Shown one piece after another: positions 1-14,400 of a stretch of 64,000 bases of DNA; the stretch's first letter is position 1, and each line of letters begins with the position of its first letter. The notes under the pieces are model-generated. The model saw only the letters and a program-made list of their open reading frames with translations, had not been told where the DNA came from and ran no database searches. Source of the stretch: Nemertoderma westbladi (taxonomy: Eukaryota; Animalia; Xenacoelomorpha); the NCBI GenBank assembly GCA_032718475.1, contig JAUCBJ010006750.1, positions 75,245 to 139,244 of the forward strand, in the 5' to 3' direction. The position numbers were made by a program, and so were the translations under genes.

Positions 1-1221
1 TTACACAGTTTCTTTAGTATACAACGCAGCAGCTGTTATTGGTCAGGAGTTTCAGGTAAACTTAATTACAGTTTCTTCAGTATACAACCCAGTAGCTGTT
101 ATTGGTCAGGAGTTTCAGGTAAACTTATTTACACAGTTTCTTTAGTATACAACGCAGCAGCTGTTATTGGTCAGGAGTTTCACGTAAACTTATTTACAGT
201 TTCTTTTGTATACAATGCAGCAGCTGTTATTGGTCAGGAGTTTCAGGTAAACTTATTTACAGTTTCTTTAGTATACAACGCAGCAGCTGTTATTGATCAG
301 GAGTTTCAGGTAAACTTATTTACAGTTTCTTTAGTATACAACGCAGCAGCTGTTATTGGTCAGGAGTTTCAGGTAAACTTATTTACAGTTTCTTTTGTAT
401 ACAACGCAGCAGCAGTTATTGGTCAGGAGTTTGAGGTAAACTTATTTACAGTTTCTTCAGTATACAACGCCGCAGCTGTTATTGGTCAGGAGTTTCAGGT
501 AAACTTATTTACAGTTTCTTTAGTATACAATGCAGCAGCTGTTATTGGTCAGGAGTTTCAGGTAAACTTATTTACGGTTTCTTTAGTATACAACGCAGCA
601 GCTGTTATTGGTCAGGAGTTTCAGGTAAACTTATTTACAGTTTCTTTAGTATACAACGCAGCAGCTGTTATTGGTCAGGAGTTTCAGGTAAACTTATTTA
701 CAGTTTCTTTAGTATACAACGCAGCAGCCTTTATTGGTCATTAGTTTCAGGTAAACTTATTTACAGTTTCTTTAGTATACAACGCAGTTATTGGTCAGGA
801 GTTTCAGGTAAACTTACTTACAAAATTTCTTTAGTATACAACGCAGCATCTGTTATTGGTCAGGAGTTTCAGGTAAACTTATTTACAGTTTCTTTAGTAT
901 ACAACACAGCAGCTGCTATTGGTCAGGAGTTTCAGGTAAACTTATTTACAGTTTCTTTAGCATACAACGCAGCAGCGGTTATTGGTCAGGAGTTTCAGGT
1001 AAACTTATTTACACAGTTTCTTTAGTATACAATGCAGCAGCTGTTATTGGTCAGGAGTTTCAGGTAAACTTATTTACAGTTTCTTTAGTATACAACGCCG
1101 CAGCTGTTATTGGTAGAAGTTTCAGGTAAACTTATTTACAGTTTCTTCAGTATACAACGCAGCAGCTGTTAATGGTCAGGAGTTTCAGGTAAACTTATTT
1201 ACAGTTTCTTCAGTATACAAC

Positions 1222-2438
1222 AGTATACTTATTCAGTATATAACAATTCTTCTGTTTATGTATGCATGTTAGACGCATCTAAAGCGTTTGATCGTGTCAA
1301 CCATTTCAAATTGTTTCGCAAACTGATAGACCGTGGTGTACCATTATACATTGTTCGCATTATTATGTTTTGGTATCGTAACCAACTAGTGCGTGTCTGT
1401 TGGGATGGGTTTTTCTCACCATCCTTTTCTGTAACTAACGGAACTAGACAAGGTAGTATTATTTCACCATTGCTCTATAATATTTACATTGATGAGTTAA
1501 GTAAGGAATTAAATAGTAGCGGTATAGGTTGTTCTATATGTTCACTTAGGTTAAATCACTTAATTTATGCCGACGACTTATGTTTGATCTCAAACTCCAT
1601 TTTTGGTCTGCAGAAATTAATAGATATAGCCGTAGCCTATGCTACGTCTAACTCTATTATATTCAATACTAAGAAAACGAAGTATTTATACTTCATTCAT
1701 AAATCGTGTGCGTTAACCTCTGTCGCTAGAGTCAAATTGTATGGTTCCAACATAGAAACTGTTGATAAGTTTAACTATTTAGGGCACGTTATTAGCTCGT
1801 CCACTGACGATGACCTAGATATTACACGACAGATGCATCAACTGTACGCCAGAGGGAATACTCTGGCTAGAAAGTTTTGCCATGCGTCTGTCTATGTTAA
1901 AACTGCACTTTTTCGTGCTTACTGTACCCCAATATACTGCAACAGCCTATGGGCTAGTAAGAACTACTCACATCGTGCGTACGATAAGATTAGGGTAGCT
2001 TACAATAATTGTGCTAGGCTACTGTTTAATATCCCTAGGCTCACCGGTGAAGAACCTACAAGTATGTCACTTTCTTTTGGCGAACTACGTTTGCCAATGT
2101 TTTGTCACATTACTTATAGATCCTCACAAAGCCTATTAAATAGAATACTACATTCTGACAACACTATCTTAGGTGGTGTATACAATTTATGTAGACCTTA
2201 CTCTGTTATATTTAGTTTGCACCAGCACTAGCCTTTTTCGTTTAACTACGTAATTGCTATTAGAGTTTCGGTGTTTATTATTAATTACTAGTGTGCTATG
2301 TATGTATTTTGTAAAGTATTTGTTTGTAAAGTATTTGTTTGTTTATATCCTTTTTGTTTATGTCCTTTTTGTTTATGTATCTACTATTTTACTATGGGCC
2401 CCCGTGGCTTGGAATAAATACAATAATAAAAAATAATA
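1222..2438 (+). mobile_element. 5'-truncated non-LTR retrotransposon (LINE; RTE-X-like by my recognition) inserted in the satellite
   Basis: Contains an RT ORF, an AT-rich 3' UTR, AATAAA at 2413-2418 and an A/TAA-rich tail ending at 2438. Flanked by a 5-bp duplication ACAAC (1217-1221 and 2439-2443). The empty site is visible in a sister block at 7891-7910. Confidence 0.93.
1266..2231 (+). CDS. Non-LTR reverse transcriptase, C-terminal part of ORF2 (frame stays open upstream to the 5' junction)
   Basis: Motifs LDASKAFDRV, GTRQGSIISPLLYNIY, YADD and FNYLGH; no stop over 321 codons. The endonuclease and RT N-terminus are missing because of the truncation. Confidence 0.93.
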   Translation: MLDASKAFDRVNHFKLFRKLIDRGVPLYIVRIIMFWYRNQLVRVCWDGFFSPSFSVTNGTRQGSIISPLLYNIYIDELSKELNSSGIGCSICSLRLNHLIYADDLCLISNSIFGLQKLIDIAVAYATSNSIIFNTKKTKYLYFIHKSCALTSVARVKLYGSNIETVDKFNYLGHVISSSTDDDLDITRQMHQLYARGNTLARKFCHASVYVKTALFRAYCTPIYCNSLWASKNYSHRAYDKIRVAYNNCARLLFNIPRLTGEEPTSMSLSFGELRLPMFCHITYRSSQSLLNRILHSDNTILGGVYNLCRPYSVIFSLHQH

Positions 2439-5400
2439 ACAACGCCGCAGCTGTTATTGGTCAGGAGTTTTAGGTAAACTTATTTACAGTTTGTTTAGTA
2501 TACAATGCAGCAGCTGTTATTGGTCAGGAGTTTTAGGTTAACTTATTTACAGTTTCTTTAGTATGCAAAGCAGCAGCTGTTATTGGTCAGGAGTTTCAGG
2601 TAAACTTATTTACAGTTTCTTCAGTATACAACGCCGCAGCTGTTATTGGTCAGGAGTTTCAGGTAAACTTATTTACAGTTTCTTTAGTATACAACGCAGC
2701 AGCTGTTATTGGTCTGGAGTATCAGGTAAACTTATTTACAGTTTCTTTAGTATACAACGCAGCAGCTGTTATTGATCAGGAGTTTCAGGTAAACTTATTT
2801 ACACAGTTTCTTTAGTATACAACGCAGCAGCTGTTATTGGTCTGGAGTTTCAGGTAAACTTATTTACAGTTTCTTTAGTATACAACACAGCAGCTGCTAT
2901 TGGTCAGGAGTTTCAGGTAAACTTATTTACAGTTTCTTTAGCATACAACGCAGCAGCGATTATTGGTCAGGAGTTTCAGGTAAACTTATTTACACAGTTT
3001 CTTTAGTATACAATGCAGCAGCTGTTATTGGTCAGAAGTTTCAGGTAAACTTATTTACAGTTTCTTCAGTATACAACGCAGCAGCTGTTTTGGTCAGGAG
3101 TTTCAGGTAAACTTATTTACAGATTCTTTAGTATCAACGCCGCAGCTGTTATTGGTCAGGAGTTTCAGGTAAACTTATTTACACAGTTTCTTTAGTATAC
3201 AACGCAGCAGCTGTTATTGGTCAGGAGTTTCAGGTAGACTTATTTACAGTTTCTTTAGTATACAACGCCGCAGCTGTTATTGGTCAGGAGTTTCAGGTAA
3301 ACTTACTTACAAAATTTCTTTAGTATCAACGCAGCAGCTGTTATTGGTCAGGAGTTTCAGGTAAACTTATTTACAGTTTCTTTAGTATACAACGCAGCAG
3401 CTGTTATTGGTCAGGAGTTTCAGGTAAACTTATTTACACGGTTTCTTTAGTATACAACGCAGCAGCTGTTTTTGGTCAGGAGTTTCAGGTAAACTTATTT
3501 ACAGTTTCTTTAGTATACAACACAGCAGCTGTTTTGGTCAGGAGTTTCAGGTAAACTTATTTACAGATTCTTTAGTATCAACGCCGCAGCTGTTATTGGT
3601 CAGGAGTTTCAGGTAAACTTATTTACACAGTTTCTTTAGTATACAACGCAGCAGCTGTTATTGGTCAGGAGAGTTTCAGGTAAACTTATTTACAGTTTCT
3701 TTAGTATCAACGCCGCAGCTGTTATTGGTCAGGAGTTTCAGGTAAACTTATTTACAGTTTCTTTAGTATACAACGCAGCAGCTGTTATTGGTCAGGAGTT
3801 TCAGGTAAACTTATTTACAGTTTCTTTAGTATACAACGCAGCAGCTGTTATTGGTCAGGAGTTTCAGGTAAACTTATTTACACAGTTTCTTTAGTATACA
3901 ATGCAGCAGCTGTTCTTGGTCAGGAGTTTCAGGTAAACTTATTTATAGTTTCTTTAGTATACAACGCAGCAGCTGTTATTGGTCAGGAGTTTCAGGTAAA
4001 CTTATTTATAGTTTCTTTAGTATACAACGCAGCAGCTGTTATTGGTCAGGAGTTTCAGGTAAACTTATTTACAGTTTCTTTAGTATACAACGCAGCAGCT
4101 GTTATTGATCAGGAGTTTCAGGTAAACTTATTTACACAGTTTCTTTAGTATACAACGCTGCAGCTGTTCTTGGTCAGGAGTTTCAGGTAAACTTATTTAT
4201 AGTTTCTTTAGTATACAACGCAGCAGCTGTTATTGGTCAGGAGTTTCAGGTAAACTTATTTACAGTTTCTTTAGTATACAACGCAGCAGCTGTTATTGAT
4301 CAGGAGTTTCAGGTAAACTTATTTACACAGTTTCTTTAGTATACAATGCCGCAGTTGTTATTGCTCAGGAGTTTCAGGTAAACTTATTTACAGTTTCTTT
4401 AGTATACAACGCAGCAGCTGTTATTGGTCAGGAGAGTTTCAGGTAAACTTATTTACACAGTTTCTTTAGTATACAACGCAGCAGCTGTTATTGGTCAGGA
4501 GTTTCAGGTAAACTTATTTACATAGTTTCTTTAGTATACAACGCCGCAGTTGTTATTGGTCAGGGGTTTCAGGTAAACTTATTTACAGTTTCTTTAGTAT
4601 ACAACGCAGCAGATGTTATTGGTCAGGAGTTTCAGGTGAACTTATTTACACAGTTTCTTTAGTATCAACGCCGCAGCTGTTATTGGTCAGGAGTTTCAGG
4701 TAAACTTGTTTACAGTTTCTTTAGTATACAACGCAGCAGCTGTTATTGGTCAGGAGTTTCAGGTAAACTTGTTTACAGTTTCTTTAGTATACAATGCAGC
4801 AGCTGTTATTGGTCAGGAGTTTCAGGTAAACTTATTTACACGGTTTCTTTAGTATACAACGCAGCAGCTGTTATTGGTCAAGAGTTTCAGGTAAACTTAT
4901 TTACAGAGTTTCTTTAGTATACAATGCAGCAGCTGTTATTGGTCAGGAGTTTCAGGTAAACTTATTTACACAGTTTCTTTAGTATACAACGCCGCAGTTG
5001 TTATTGGTCAGGAGTTTCAGGTAAACTTATTTACAGTTTCTTTAGTATACTAAACAGCAGCTGTTATTGGTCAGGAGTTTCAGGTGAACTTATTTACACA
5101 GTTTCTTTAGTATCAACGCCGCAGCTGTTATTGGTCAGGAGTTTCAGGTAAACTTGTTTACAGTTTCTTTAGTATACAACGCAGTAGCTGTTATTGGTCA
5201 GGAGTTTCAGGTAAACTTGTTTACAGTTTCTTTAGTATACAACGCAGCAGCTGTTATTGTTCAGGAGTTTCAGGTAAACTTATTTACAGTTTCTTTAGTA
5301 TACAACGCAGCAGCTGATATTGGTCAGGAGTTTCAGGTAAACTTATTTACACGGTTACTTTAGTATTCAACCCAGCAGCTGTTATTGGTCAGGAGTTTCA

Positions 5401-8400
5401 GGTAAACTTATTTACAGTTTCTTTAGTATACAACGCCGCAGCTGCTATTGGTCAGGAGTTTCAGGTAAACTTATTTACAGTTTCTTTAGTATACAACGCA
5501 GCAGCTGATATTGGTCAGGAGTTTCAGGTAAATTTATTTACACGGTTACTTTAGTATACAACGCAGCAGCTGTTATTGGTCAGGAGTTTCAGGTAAACTT
5601 ATTTACAGTTTCTTTAGAATACAACGCCGCAGCTGCTATTGGTCAGGAGTTTCAGGTAAACTTATTTACACAGTTTCTTTAGTATACAACGCAGCAGCTG
5701 TTATTGGTCAGGAGTTTCAGGTAAACTTATTTACATGGTTTCTTTAGTATACAATGCAGCAGCTGTTATTGGTCAGGAGTTTCAGGTAAACTTATTTACA
5801 GTTTCTTTAGTATACAACGCTGCAGCTGTTATTGGTCAGGAGTTTCAGGTCGACTTATTTACAGTTTCTTTAGTATACAACGCAGCAGCTGTTATTGGTC
5901 AGGAGTTTCAGGTAGACTTATTTACAGTTTCTTTAGTATACAACGCAGCAGCTGTTATTGGTCAGGAGTTTCAGGTAGACTTATTTACAGTTTCTTTAGT
6001 ATACAACACAGCAGCTGTTTTGGTCAGGTGTTTCAGGTAAACTTATTTACAGATTCTTTAGTATCAACGCCGCAGCTGTTATTGGTCAGGAGTTTCAGGT
6101 AGACTTATTTACAGTTTCTTTAGTATACAACGCAGCAGCTGTTATTGGTCAGGAGTTTCAGGTAGACTTATTTACAGTTTCTTTAGTATACAACACAGCA
6201 GCTGTTTTGGTCAGGAGTTTCAGGTAAACTTATTTACAGATTCTTTAGTATACAACGCCGCAGCAGTTAATGGTCAGAAGTTTCAGGTAAACTTATTTAC
6301 ACAGTTTCTTTAGTATACAACGCAGCAGCTGTTATTGGTCAGGAGTTTCAGGTAAACTTATTTACAGTTTCTTTAGTATACAACGCCGCAGCAGTTAATG
6401 GTCAGAAGTTTCAGGTAAACTTATTTACACAGTTTCTTTAGTATACAACGCCGCAGCTGTTATTGGTCAGGAGTTTCAGGTAAACTTATTTACAGTTTCT
6501 TTAGTATACAACGCAGCAGCTGTTATTGGTCAGGAGTTTCAGGTAAACTTATTTACACAGTTTCTTTAGTATACAACGCAGCAGCTGTTATTGGTCAGGA
6601 GTTTCAGGTAAAAATACTTACAAAATTCTATTAGTATACAACGCAGCATCTGTTATTGGTCAGGTGTTTCAGGTAAACTTATTTACAGTTTCTTTAGTAT
6701 ACAACGCCGCAGCAGTTAATGGCCAGAAGTTTCAGGTAAACTTATTTACACAGTTTCTTTAGTATACAACGCAGCAGCTGTTATTGGTCAGGAGTTTCAG
6801 GTAAACTTAATTACAGTTTCTTCAGTATACAACCCAGTAGCTGTTATTGGTCAGGAGTTTCAGGTAAACTTATTTACACAGTTTCTTTAGTATACAACGC
6901 AGCAGCTGTTATTGGTCAGGAGTTTCACGTAAACTTATTTACAGTTTCTTTTGTATACAATGCAGCAGCTGTTATTGGTCAGGAGTTTCAGGTAAACTTA
7001 TTTACAGTTTCTTTAGTATACAACGCAGCAGCTGTTATTGATCAGGAGTTTCAGGTAAACTTATTTACAGTTTCTTTAGTATACAACGCAGCAGCTGTTA
7101 TTGGTCAGGAGTTTCAGGTAAACTTATTTACAGTTTCTTTTGTATACAACGCAGCAGCAGTTATTGGTCAGGAGTTTGAGGTAAACTTATTTACAGTTTC
7201 TTCAGTATACAACGCCGCAGCTGTTATTGGTCAGGAGTTTCAGGTAAACTTATTTACAGTTTCTTTAGTATACAATGCAGCAGCTGTTATTGGTCAGGAG
7301 TTTCAGGTAAACTTATTTACGGTTTCTTTAGTATACAACGCAGCAGCTGTTATTGGTCAGGAGTTTCAGGTAAACTTATTTACAGTTTCTTTAGTATACA
7401 ACGCAGCAGCTGTTATTGGTCAGGAGTTTCAGGTAAACTTATTTACAGTTTCTTTAGTATACAACGCAGCAGCCTTTATTGGTCATTAGTTTCAGGTAAA
7501 CTTATTTACAGTTTCTTTAGTATACAACGCAGTTATTGGTCAGGAGTTTCAGGTAAACTTACTTACAAAATTTCTTTAGTATACAACGCAGCATCTGTTA
7601 TTGGTCAGGAGTTTCAGGTAAACTTATTTACAGTTTCTTTAGTATACAACACAGCAGCTGCTATTGGTCAGGAGTTTCAGGTAAACTTATTTACAGTTTC
7701 TTTAGCATACAACGCAGCAGCGGTTATTGGTCAGGAGTTTCAGGTAAACTTATTTACACAGTTTCTTTAGTATACAATGCAGCAGCTGTTATTGGTCAGA
7801 AGTTTCAGGTAAACTTATTTACAGTTTCTTCAGTATACAACGCAGCAGCTGTTATTGGTCAGGAGTTTCAGGTAAACTTATTTACAGTTTCTTCAGTATA
7901 CAACGCCGCAGCTGTTATTGGTCAGGAGTTTTAGGTAAACTTATTTACAGTTTGTTTAGTATACAATGCAGCAGCTGTTATTGGTCAGGAGTTTTAGGTT
8001 AACTTATTTACAGTTTCTTTAGTATGCAAAGCAGCAGCTGTTATTGGTCAGGAGTTTCAGGTAAACTTATTTACAGTTTCTTCAGTATACAACGCCGCAG
8101 CTGTTATTGGTCAGGAGTTTCAGGTAAACTTATTTACAGTTTCTTTAGTATACAACGCAGCAGCTGTTATTGGTCTGGAGTATCAGGTAAACTTATTTAC
8201 AGTTTCTTTAGTATACAACGCAGCAGCTGTTATTGATCAGGAGTTTCAGGTAAACTTATTTACACAGTTTCTTTAGTATACAACGCAGCAGCTGTTATTG
8301 GTCTGGAGTTTCAGGTAAACTTATTTACAGTTTCTTTAGTATACAACACAGCAGCTGCTATTGGTCAGGAGTTTCAGGTAAACTTATTTACAGTTTCTTT

Positions 8401-11400
8401 AGCATACAACGCAGCAGCGATTATTGGTCAGGAGTTTCAGGTAAACTTATTTACACAGTTTCTTTAGTATACAATGCAGCAGCTGTTATTGGTCAGAAGT
8501 TTCAGGTAAACTTATTTACAGTTTCTTCAGAATACAACGCAGCAGCTGTTATTGGTCAGGAGTTTCAGGTAAACTTATTTACAGTTTCTTCAGTATACAA
8601 CGCCGCAGCTGTTATTGGTCAGGAGTTTTAGGTAAACTTATTTACAGTTTCTTTAGTATACAATGCAGCAGCTGTTATTGGTCAGGAGTTTCAGGTTAAC
8701 TTATTTACAGTTTCTTTAGTATGCAAAGCAGCAGCTGTTATTGGTCAGGAGTTTCAGGTAAACTTATTTACAGTTTCTTCAGTATACAACGCCGCAGCTG
8801 TTATTGGTCAGGAGTTTCAGGTAAACTTATTTACAGTTTCTTTAGTATACAACGCAGCAGCTGTTATTGGTCTGGAGTATCAGGTAAACTTATTTACAGT
8901 TTCTTTAGTATACAACGCAGCAGCTGTTATTGATCAGGAGTTTCAGGTAAACTTATTTACACAGTTTCTTTAGTATACAACGCAGCAGCTGTTATTAGTC
9001 AGGAGTTTCAGGTAAACTTAGTTACTTTAGTATACAACGCAGCAGCTGTTATTGGTCAGGAGTTTCAGGTAAACTTATTTACAGTTTCTTTAGTATACAA
9101 CGCCGCAGCTGCTATTGGTCAGGAGTTTCAGGTAAACTTATTTACAGTTTCTTTCGTATACAACGCAGCAGCTGATATTGGTCAGGAGTTTCAGGTAAAC
9201 TTATTTACACGGTTACTTTAGTATACAACGCAGCAGCTGTTATTGGTCAGGAGTTTCAGGTAAACTTATTTACAGTTTCTTTAGTATACAACGCCGCAGC
9301 TGCTATTGGTCAGGAGTCTCAGGTCGACTTATTTACAGTTTCTTTAGTATACAACGCAGCAGCTGTTATTGGTCAGGAGTTTCAGGTAGACTTATTTACA
9401 GTTTCTTTAGTATACAACGCAGCAGCTGTTATTGGTCACGAGTTTCAGGTAGACTTATTTACAGTTTCTTTAGTATACAACACAGCAGCTGTTTTGGTCA
9501 GGAGTTTCAGGTAAACTTATTTACAGATTCTTTAGTATCAACGCCGCAGCTGTTATTGGTCAGGAGTTTCAGGTAAACTTATTTACAGTTTCTTTAGTAT
9601 ACAACGCAGCAGCTGTTATTGGTCAGAAGTTTCAGGTAGACTTATTTACAGTTTCTTTAGTATACAACGCAGCAGCTGTTATTGGTCAGGAGTTTCAGGT
9701 AGATTTATTTACAGTTTCTTTAGTATACAACGCAGCAGCTGTTATTGGTCAGGAGTTTCAGGTAAACTTATTTACAGTTTCTTTAGTATACAACGCAGCA
9801 GCTGTTATTGGTCAGGAGTTTCAGGTAGACTTATTTACAGTTTCTTTAGTATACAACACAGCAGCTGTTTTGGTCAGGAGTTTCAGGTAAACTTATTTAC
9901 ACAGTTTCTTTAGTATACAACGCAGCAGCTGTTATTGGTCAGGAGTTTCAGGTAAACTTATTTACAGTTTCTTTAGTATACAACGCAGCAGCTGTTATTG
10001 GTCAGAAGTTTCAGGTAGACTTATTTACAGTTTCTTTAGTATACAACGCAGCAGCTGTTATTGGTCAGGAGTTTCAGGTAGATTTATTTACAGTTTCTTT
10101 AGTATACAACGCCGCAGCTGTTATTGGTCAGGAGTTTCAGGTAAACTTATTTACAGTTTCTTTAGTATACAACGCAGCAGCTGTTATTGGTCAGAAGTTT
10201 CAGGTAGACTTATTTACAGTTTCTTTAGTATACAACGCAGCAGCTGTTATTGGTCAGGAGTTTCAGGTAAACTTATTTACAGTTTCTTTAGTATACAACG
10301 CAGCAGCTGTTATTGGTCAGGAGTTTCAGGTAAACTTATTTACAGTTTCTTTAGTATACAACGCAGCAGCTGTTATTGGTCAGAAGTTTCAGGTAGACTT
10401 ATTTACAGTTTCTTTAGTATACAACGCAGCAGCTGTTATTGGTCAGGAGTTTCAGGTAGATTTATTTACAGTTTCTTTAGTATACAACGCCGCAGCTGTT
10501 ATTGGTCAGGAGTTTCAGGTAAACTTATTTACAGTTTCTTTAGTATACAACGCAGCAGCTGTTATTGGTCAGGAGTTTCAGGTAGACTTATTTACAGTTT
10601 CTTTAGTATACAACACAGCAGCTGTTTTGGTCAGGAGTTTCAGGTAAACTTATTTACACAGTTTCTTTAGTATACAACGCAGCAGCTGTTATTGGTCAGG
10701 AGTTTCAGGTAGACTTATTTACAGTTTCTTTAGTATACAACACAGCAGCTGTTTTGGTCAGGAGTTTCAGGTAAACTTATTTACAGATTCTTTAGTATCA
10801 ACGCCGCAGCTGTTATTGGTCAGGAGTTTCAGGTAAACTTATTTACACAGTTTCTTTAGTATACAACGCAGCAGCTGTTATTGGTCAGGAGTTTCAGGTA
10901 GACTTATTTACAGTTTCTTTAGTATACAACACAGCAGCTGTTTTGGTCAGGAGTTTCAGGTAAACTTATTTACAGATTCTTTAGTATCAACGCCGCAGCT
11001 GTTATTGGTCAGGAGTTTCAGGTAGACTTATTTACAGTTTCTTTAGTATACAACGCAGCAGCTGTTATTGGTCAGGAGTTTCAGGTAGACTTATTTACAG
11101 TTTCTTTAGTATACAACACAGCAGCTGTTTTGGTCAGGAGTTTCAGGTAAACTTATTTACAGATTCTTTAGTATCAACGCCGCAGCTGTTATTGGTCAGG
11201 AGTTTCAGGTAAACTTATTTACACAGTTTCTTTAGTATACAACGCAGCAGCTGTTATTGGTCAGGAGTTTCAGGTAAAAATACTTACAAAATTTCTTTAG
11301 TATACAACGCAGCATCTGTTATTGGTCAGGAGTTTCAGGTAAACTTATTTACAGTTTCTTTAGTATACAATGCAGCAGCTGTTATTGGTCAGGTGTTTCA

Positions 11401-14400
11401 GGTAAACTTATTTACAGTTTCTTTAGTATACAACGCCGCAGCAGTTAATGGTCAGGAGTTTCAGGTAAACTTATTTACACAGTTTCTTTAGTATACAACG
11501 CAGCAGCTGTTATTGGTCAGGAGTTTCAGGTAAACTTAATTACAGTTTCTTCAGTAGACAACGCAGCAGCGGTTATTGGTCAGGAGTTTCAGGTAAACTT
11601 ATTTACACAGTTTCTTTAGTATACAACGCAGCAGCTGTTATTGGTCAGGAGTTTCACGTAAACTTATTTACAGTTTCTTTAGTATATAATGCAGAAGCTG
11701 TTATTGGTCAGGAGTTTCAGGTAAACTTATTTACAGTTTCTTTAGTATACAACGCAGCAGCTGTTATTGATCAGGAGTTTCAGGTAAACCTATTTACAGT
11801 TTCTTTAGTATACAACGCAGCAGCTGTTATTGGTCAGGAGTTTCAGGTAAACTTATTTACAGTTTCTTTTGTATACAACGCAGCAGCAGTTATTGGTCAG
11901 GAGTTTCACGTAAACTTATTTACAGTTTCTTTAGTATACAACGCAGCAGCTGTTATTGATCAGGAGTTTCAGGTAAACTTATTTACAGTTTCTTTAGTAT
12001 ACAATGCAGCAGCTGTTATTGGTCAGGAGTTTCAGGTAAACTTATTTACAGTTTCTTTTGTATACAACGCAGCAGCAGTTATTGGTCAGGAGTTTCAGGT
12101 AAACTTATTTACAGTTTCTTCAGTATACAACGCCGCAGCTGTTATTGGTCAGGAGTTTCAGGTAAAAATTCTTACAAAATTTCTTTAGTATACAACGCAG
12201 CATCTGTTATTGGTCAGGAGTTTCAGGTAAACTTATTTACAGTTTCTTTAGTATACAATGCAGCAGCTGTTATTGGTCAGGTGTTTCAGGTAAACTTATT
12301 TACAGTTTCTTTAGTATACAACGCCGCAGCAGTTAATGGTCAGGAGTTTCAGGTAAACTTATTTACACAGTTTCTTTAGTATACAACGCAGCAGCTGTTA
12401 TTGGTCAGGAGTTTCAGGTAAACTTAATTACAGTTTCTTCAGTAGACAACGCAGCAGCGGTTATTGGTCAGGAGTTTCAGGTAAACTTATTTACACAGTT
12501 TCTTTAGTATACAACGCAGCAGCTGTTATTGGTCAGGAGTTTCACGTAAACTTATTTACAGTTTCTTTAGTATACAATGCAGAAGCTGTTATTGGTCAGG
12601 AGTTTCAGGTAAACTTATTTACAGTTTCTTTAGTATACAACGCAGCAGCTGTTATTGATCAGGAGTTTCAGGTAAACTTATTTACAGTTTCTTTAGTATA
12701 CAACGCAGCAGCTGTTATTGGTCAGGAGTTTCAGGTAAACTTATTTACAGTTTCTTTTGTATACAACGCAGCAGCAGTTATTGGTCAGGAGTTTCACGTA
12801 AACTTATTTACAGTTTCTTCAGTATACAACGCCGCAGCTGTTATTGGTCAGGAGTTTCAGGTAAACTTATTTACAGTTTCTTTAGTATACAATGCAGCAG
12901 CTGTTATTGGTCAGGAGTTTCAGGTAAACTTATTTACGGTTTCTTTAGTATACGACGCAGCAGCTGTTATTGGTCAGGAGTTTCAGGTAAACTTATTTAC
13001 AGTTTCTTTAGTATACAACGCAGCAGCTGTTATTGGTCAGGAGTTTCAGGTAAACTTATTTACAGTTTCTTTAGTATACAACGCAGCAGCTGTTATTGGT
13101 CAGGAGTTTCAGGTAAACTTATTTACAGTTTCTTTAGTATACAACGCAGCAGCAGTTATTGGTCATTAGTTTCAGGTAAACTTATTTACAGTTTCTTTAG
13201 TATACAACGCAGTTATTGGTCAGGAGTTTCAGGTAAACTTACTTACAAAATTTCTTTAGTATACAACGCAGCATCTGTTATTGGTCAGGAGTTTCAGGTA
13301 AACTTATTTACAGTTTCTTTAGTATACAACACAGCAGCTGCTATTGGTCAGGAGTTTCAGGTAAACTTATTTACAGTTTCGTTAGCATACAATGCAGCAG
13401 CGGTTATTGGTCAGGAGTTTCAGGTAAACTTATTTACACAGTTTCTTTAGTATACAATGCAGCAGCTGTTATTGGTCAGAAGTTTCAGGTAAACTTATTT
13501 ACAGTTTCTTCAGTATACAACGGAGCAGCTGTTATTGGTCAGGAGTTTCAGGTAAACTTATTTACACGGTTACTTTAGTATACAACGCAGCAGCTGTTAT
13601 TGGTCAGGAGTTTCAGGTAAACTTATTTACAGTTTCTTTAGTATACAACGCCGCAGCTGCTATTGGTCAGGAGTCTCAGGTCGACTTATTTACAGTTTCT
13701 TTAGTATACAACGCAGCAGCTGTTATTGGTCAGGAGTTTCAGGTAGACTTATTTACAGTTTCTTTAGTATACAACGCAGCAGCTGTTATTGGTCACGAGT
13801 TTCAGGTAGACTTATTTACAGTTTCTTTAGTATACAACACAGCAGCTGTTTTGGTCAGGAGTTTCAGGTAAACTTATTTACAGATTCTTTAGTATCAACG
13901 CCGCAGCTGTTATTGGTCAGGAGTTTCAGGTAAACTTATTTACACAGTTTCTTTAGTATACAACGCAGCAGCTGTTATTGGTCAGGAGTTTCAGGTAGAC
14001 TTATTTACAGTTTCTTTAGTATACAACACAGCAGCTGTTTTGGTCAGGAGTTTCAGGTAAACTTATTTACAGATTCTTTAGTATCAACGCCGCAGCTGTT
14101 ATTGGTCAGGAGTTTCAGGTAGACTTATTTACAGTTTCTTTAGTATACAACGCAGCAGCTGTTATTGGTCAGGAGTTTCAGGTAGACTTATTTACAGTTT
14201 CTTTAGTATACAACACAGCAGCTGTTTTGGTCAGGAGTTTCAGGTAAACTTATTTACAGATTCTTTAGTATCAACGCCGCAGCTGTTATTGGTCAGGAGT
14301 TTCAGGTAAACTTATTTACACAGTTTCTTTAGTATACAACGCAGCAGCTGTTATTGGTCAGGAGTTTCAGGTAAAAATACTTACAAAATTTCTTTAGTAT

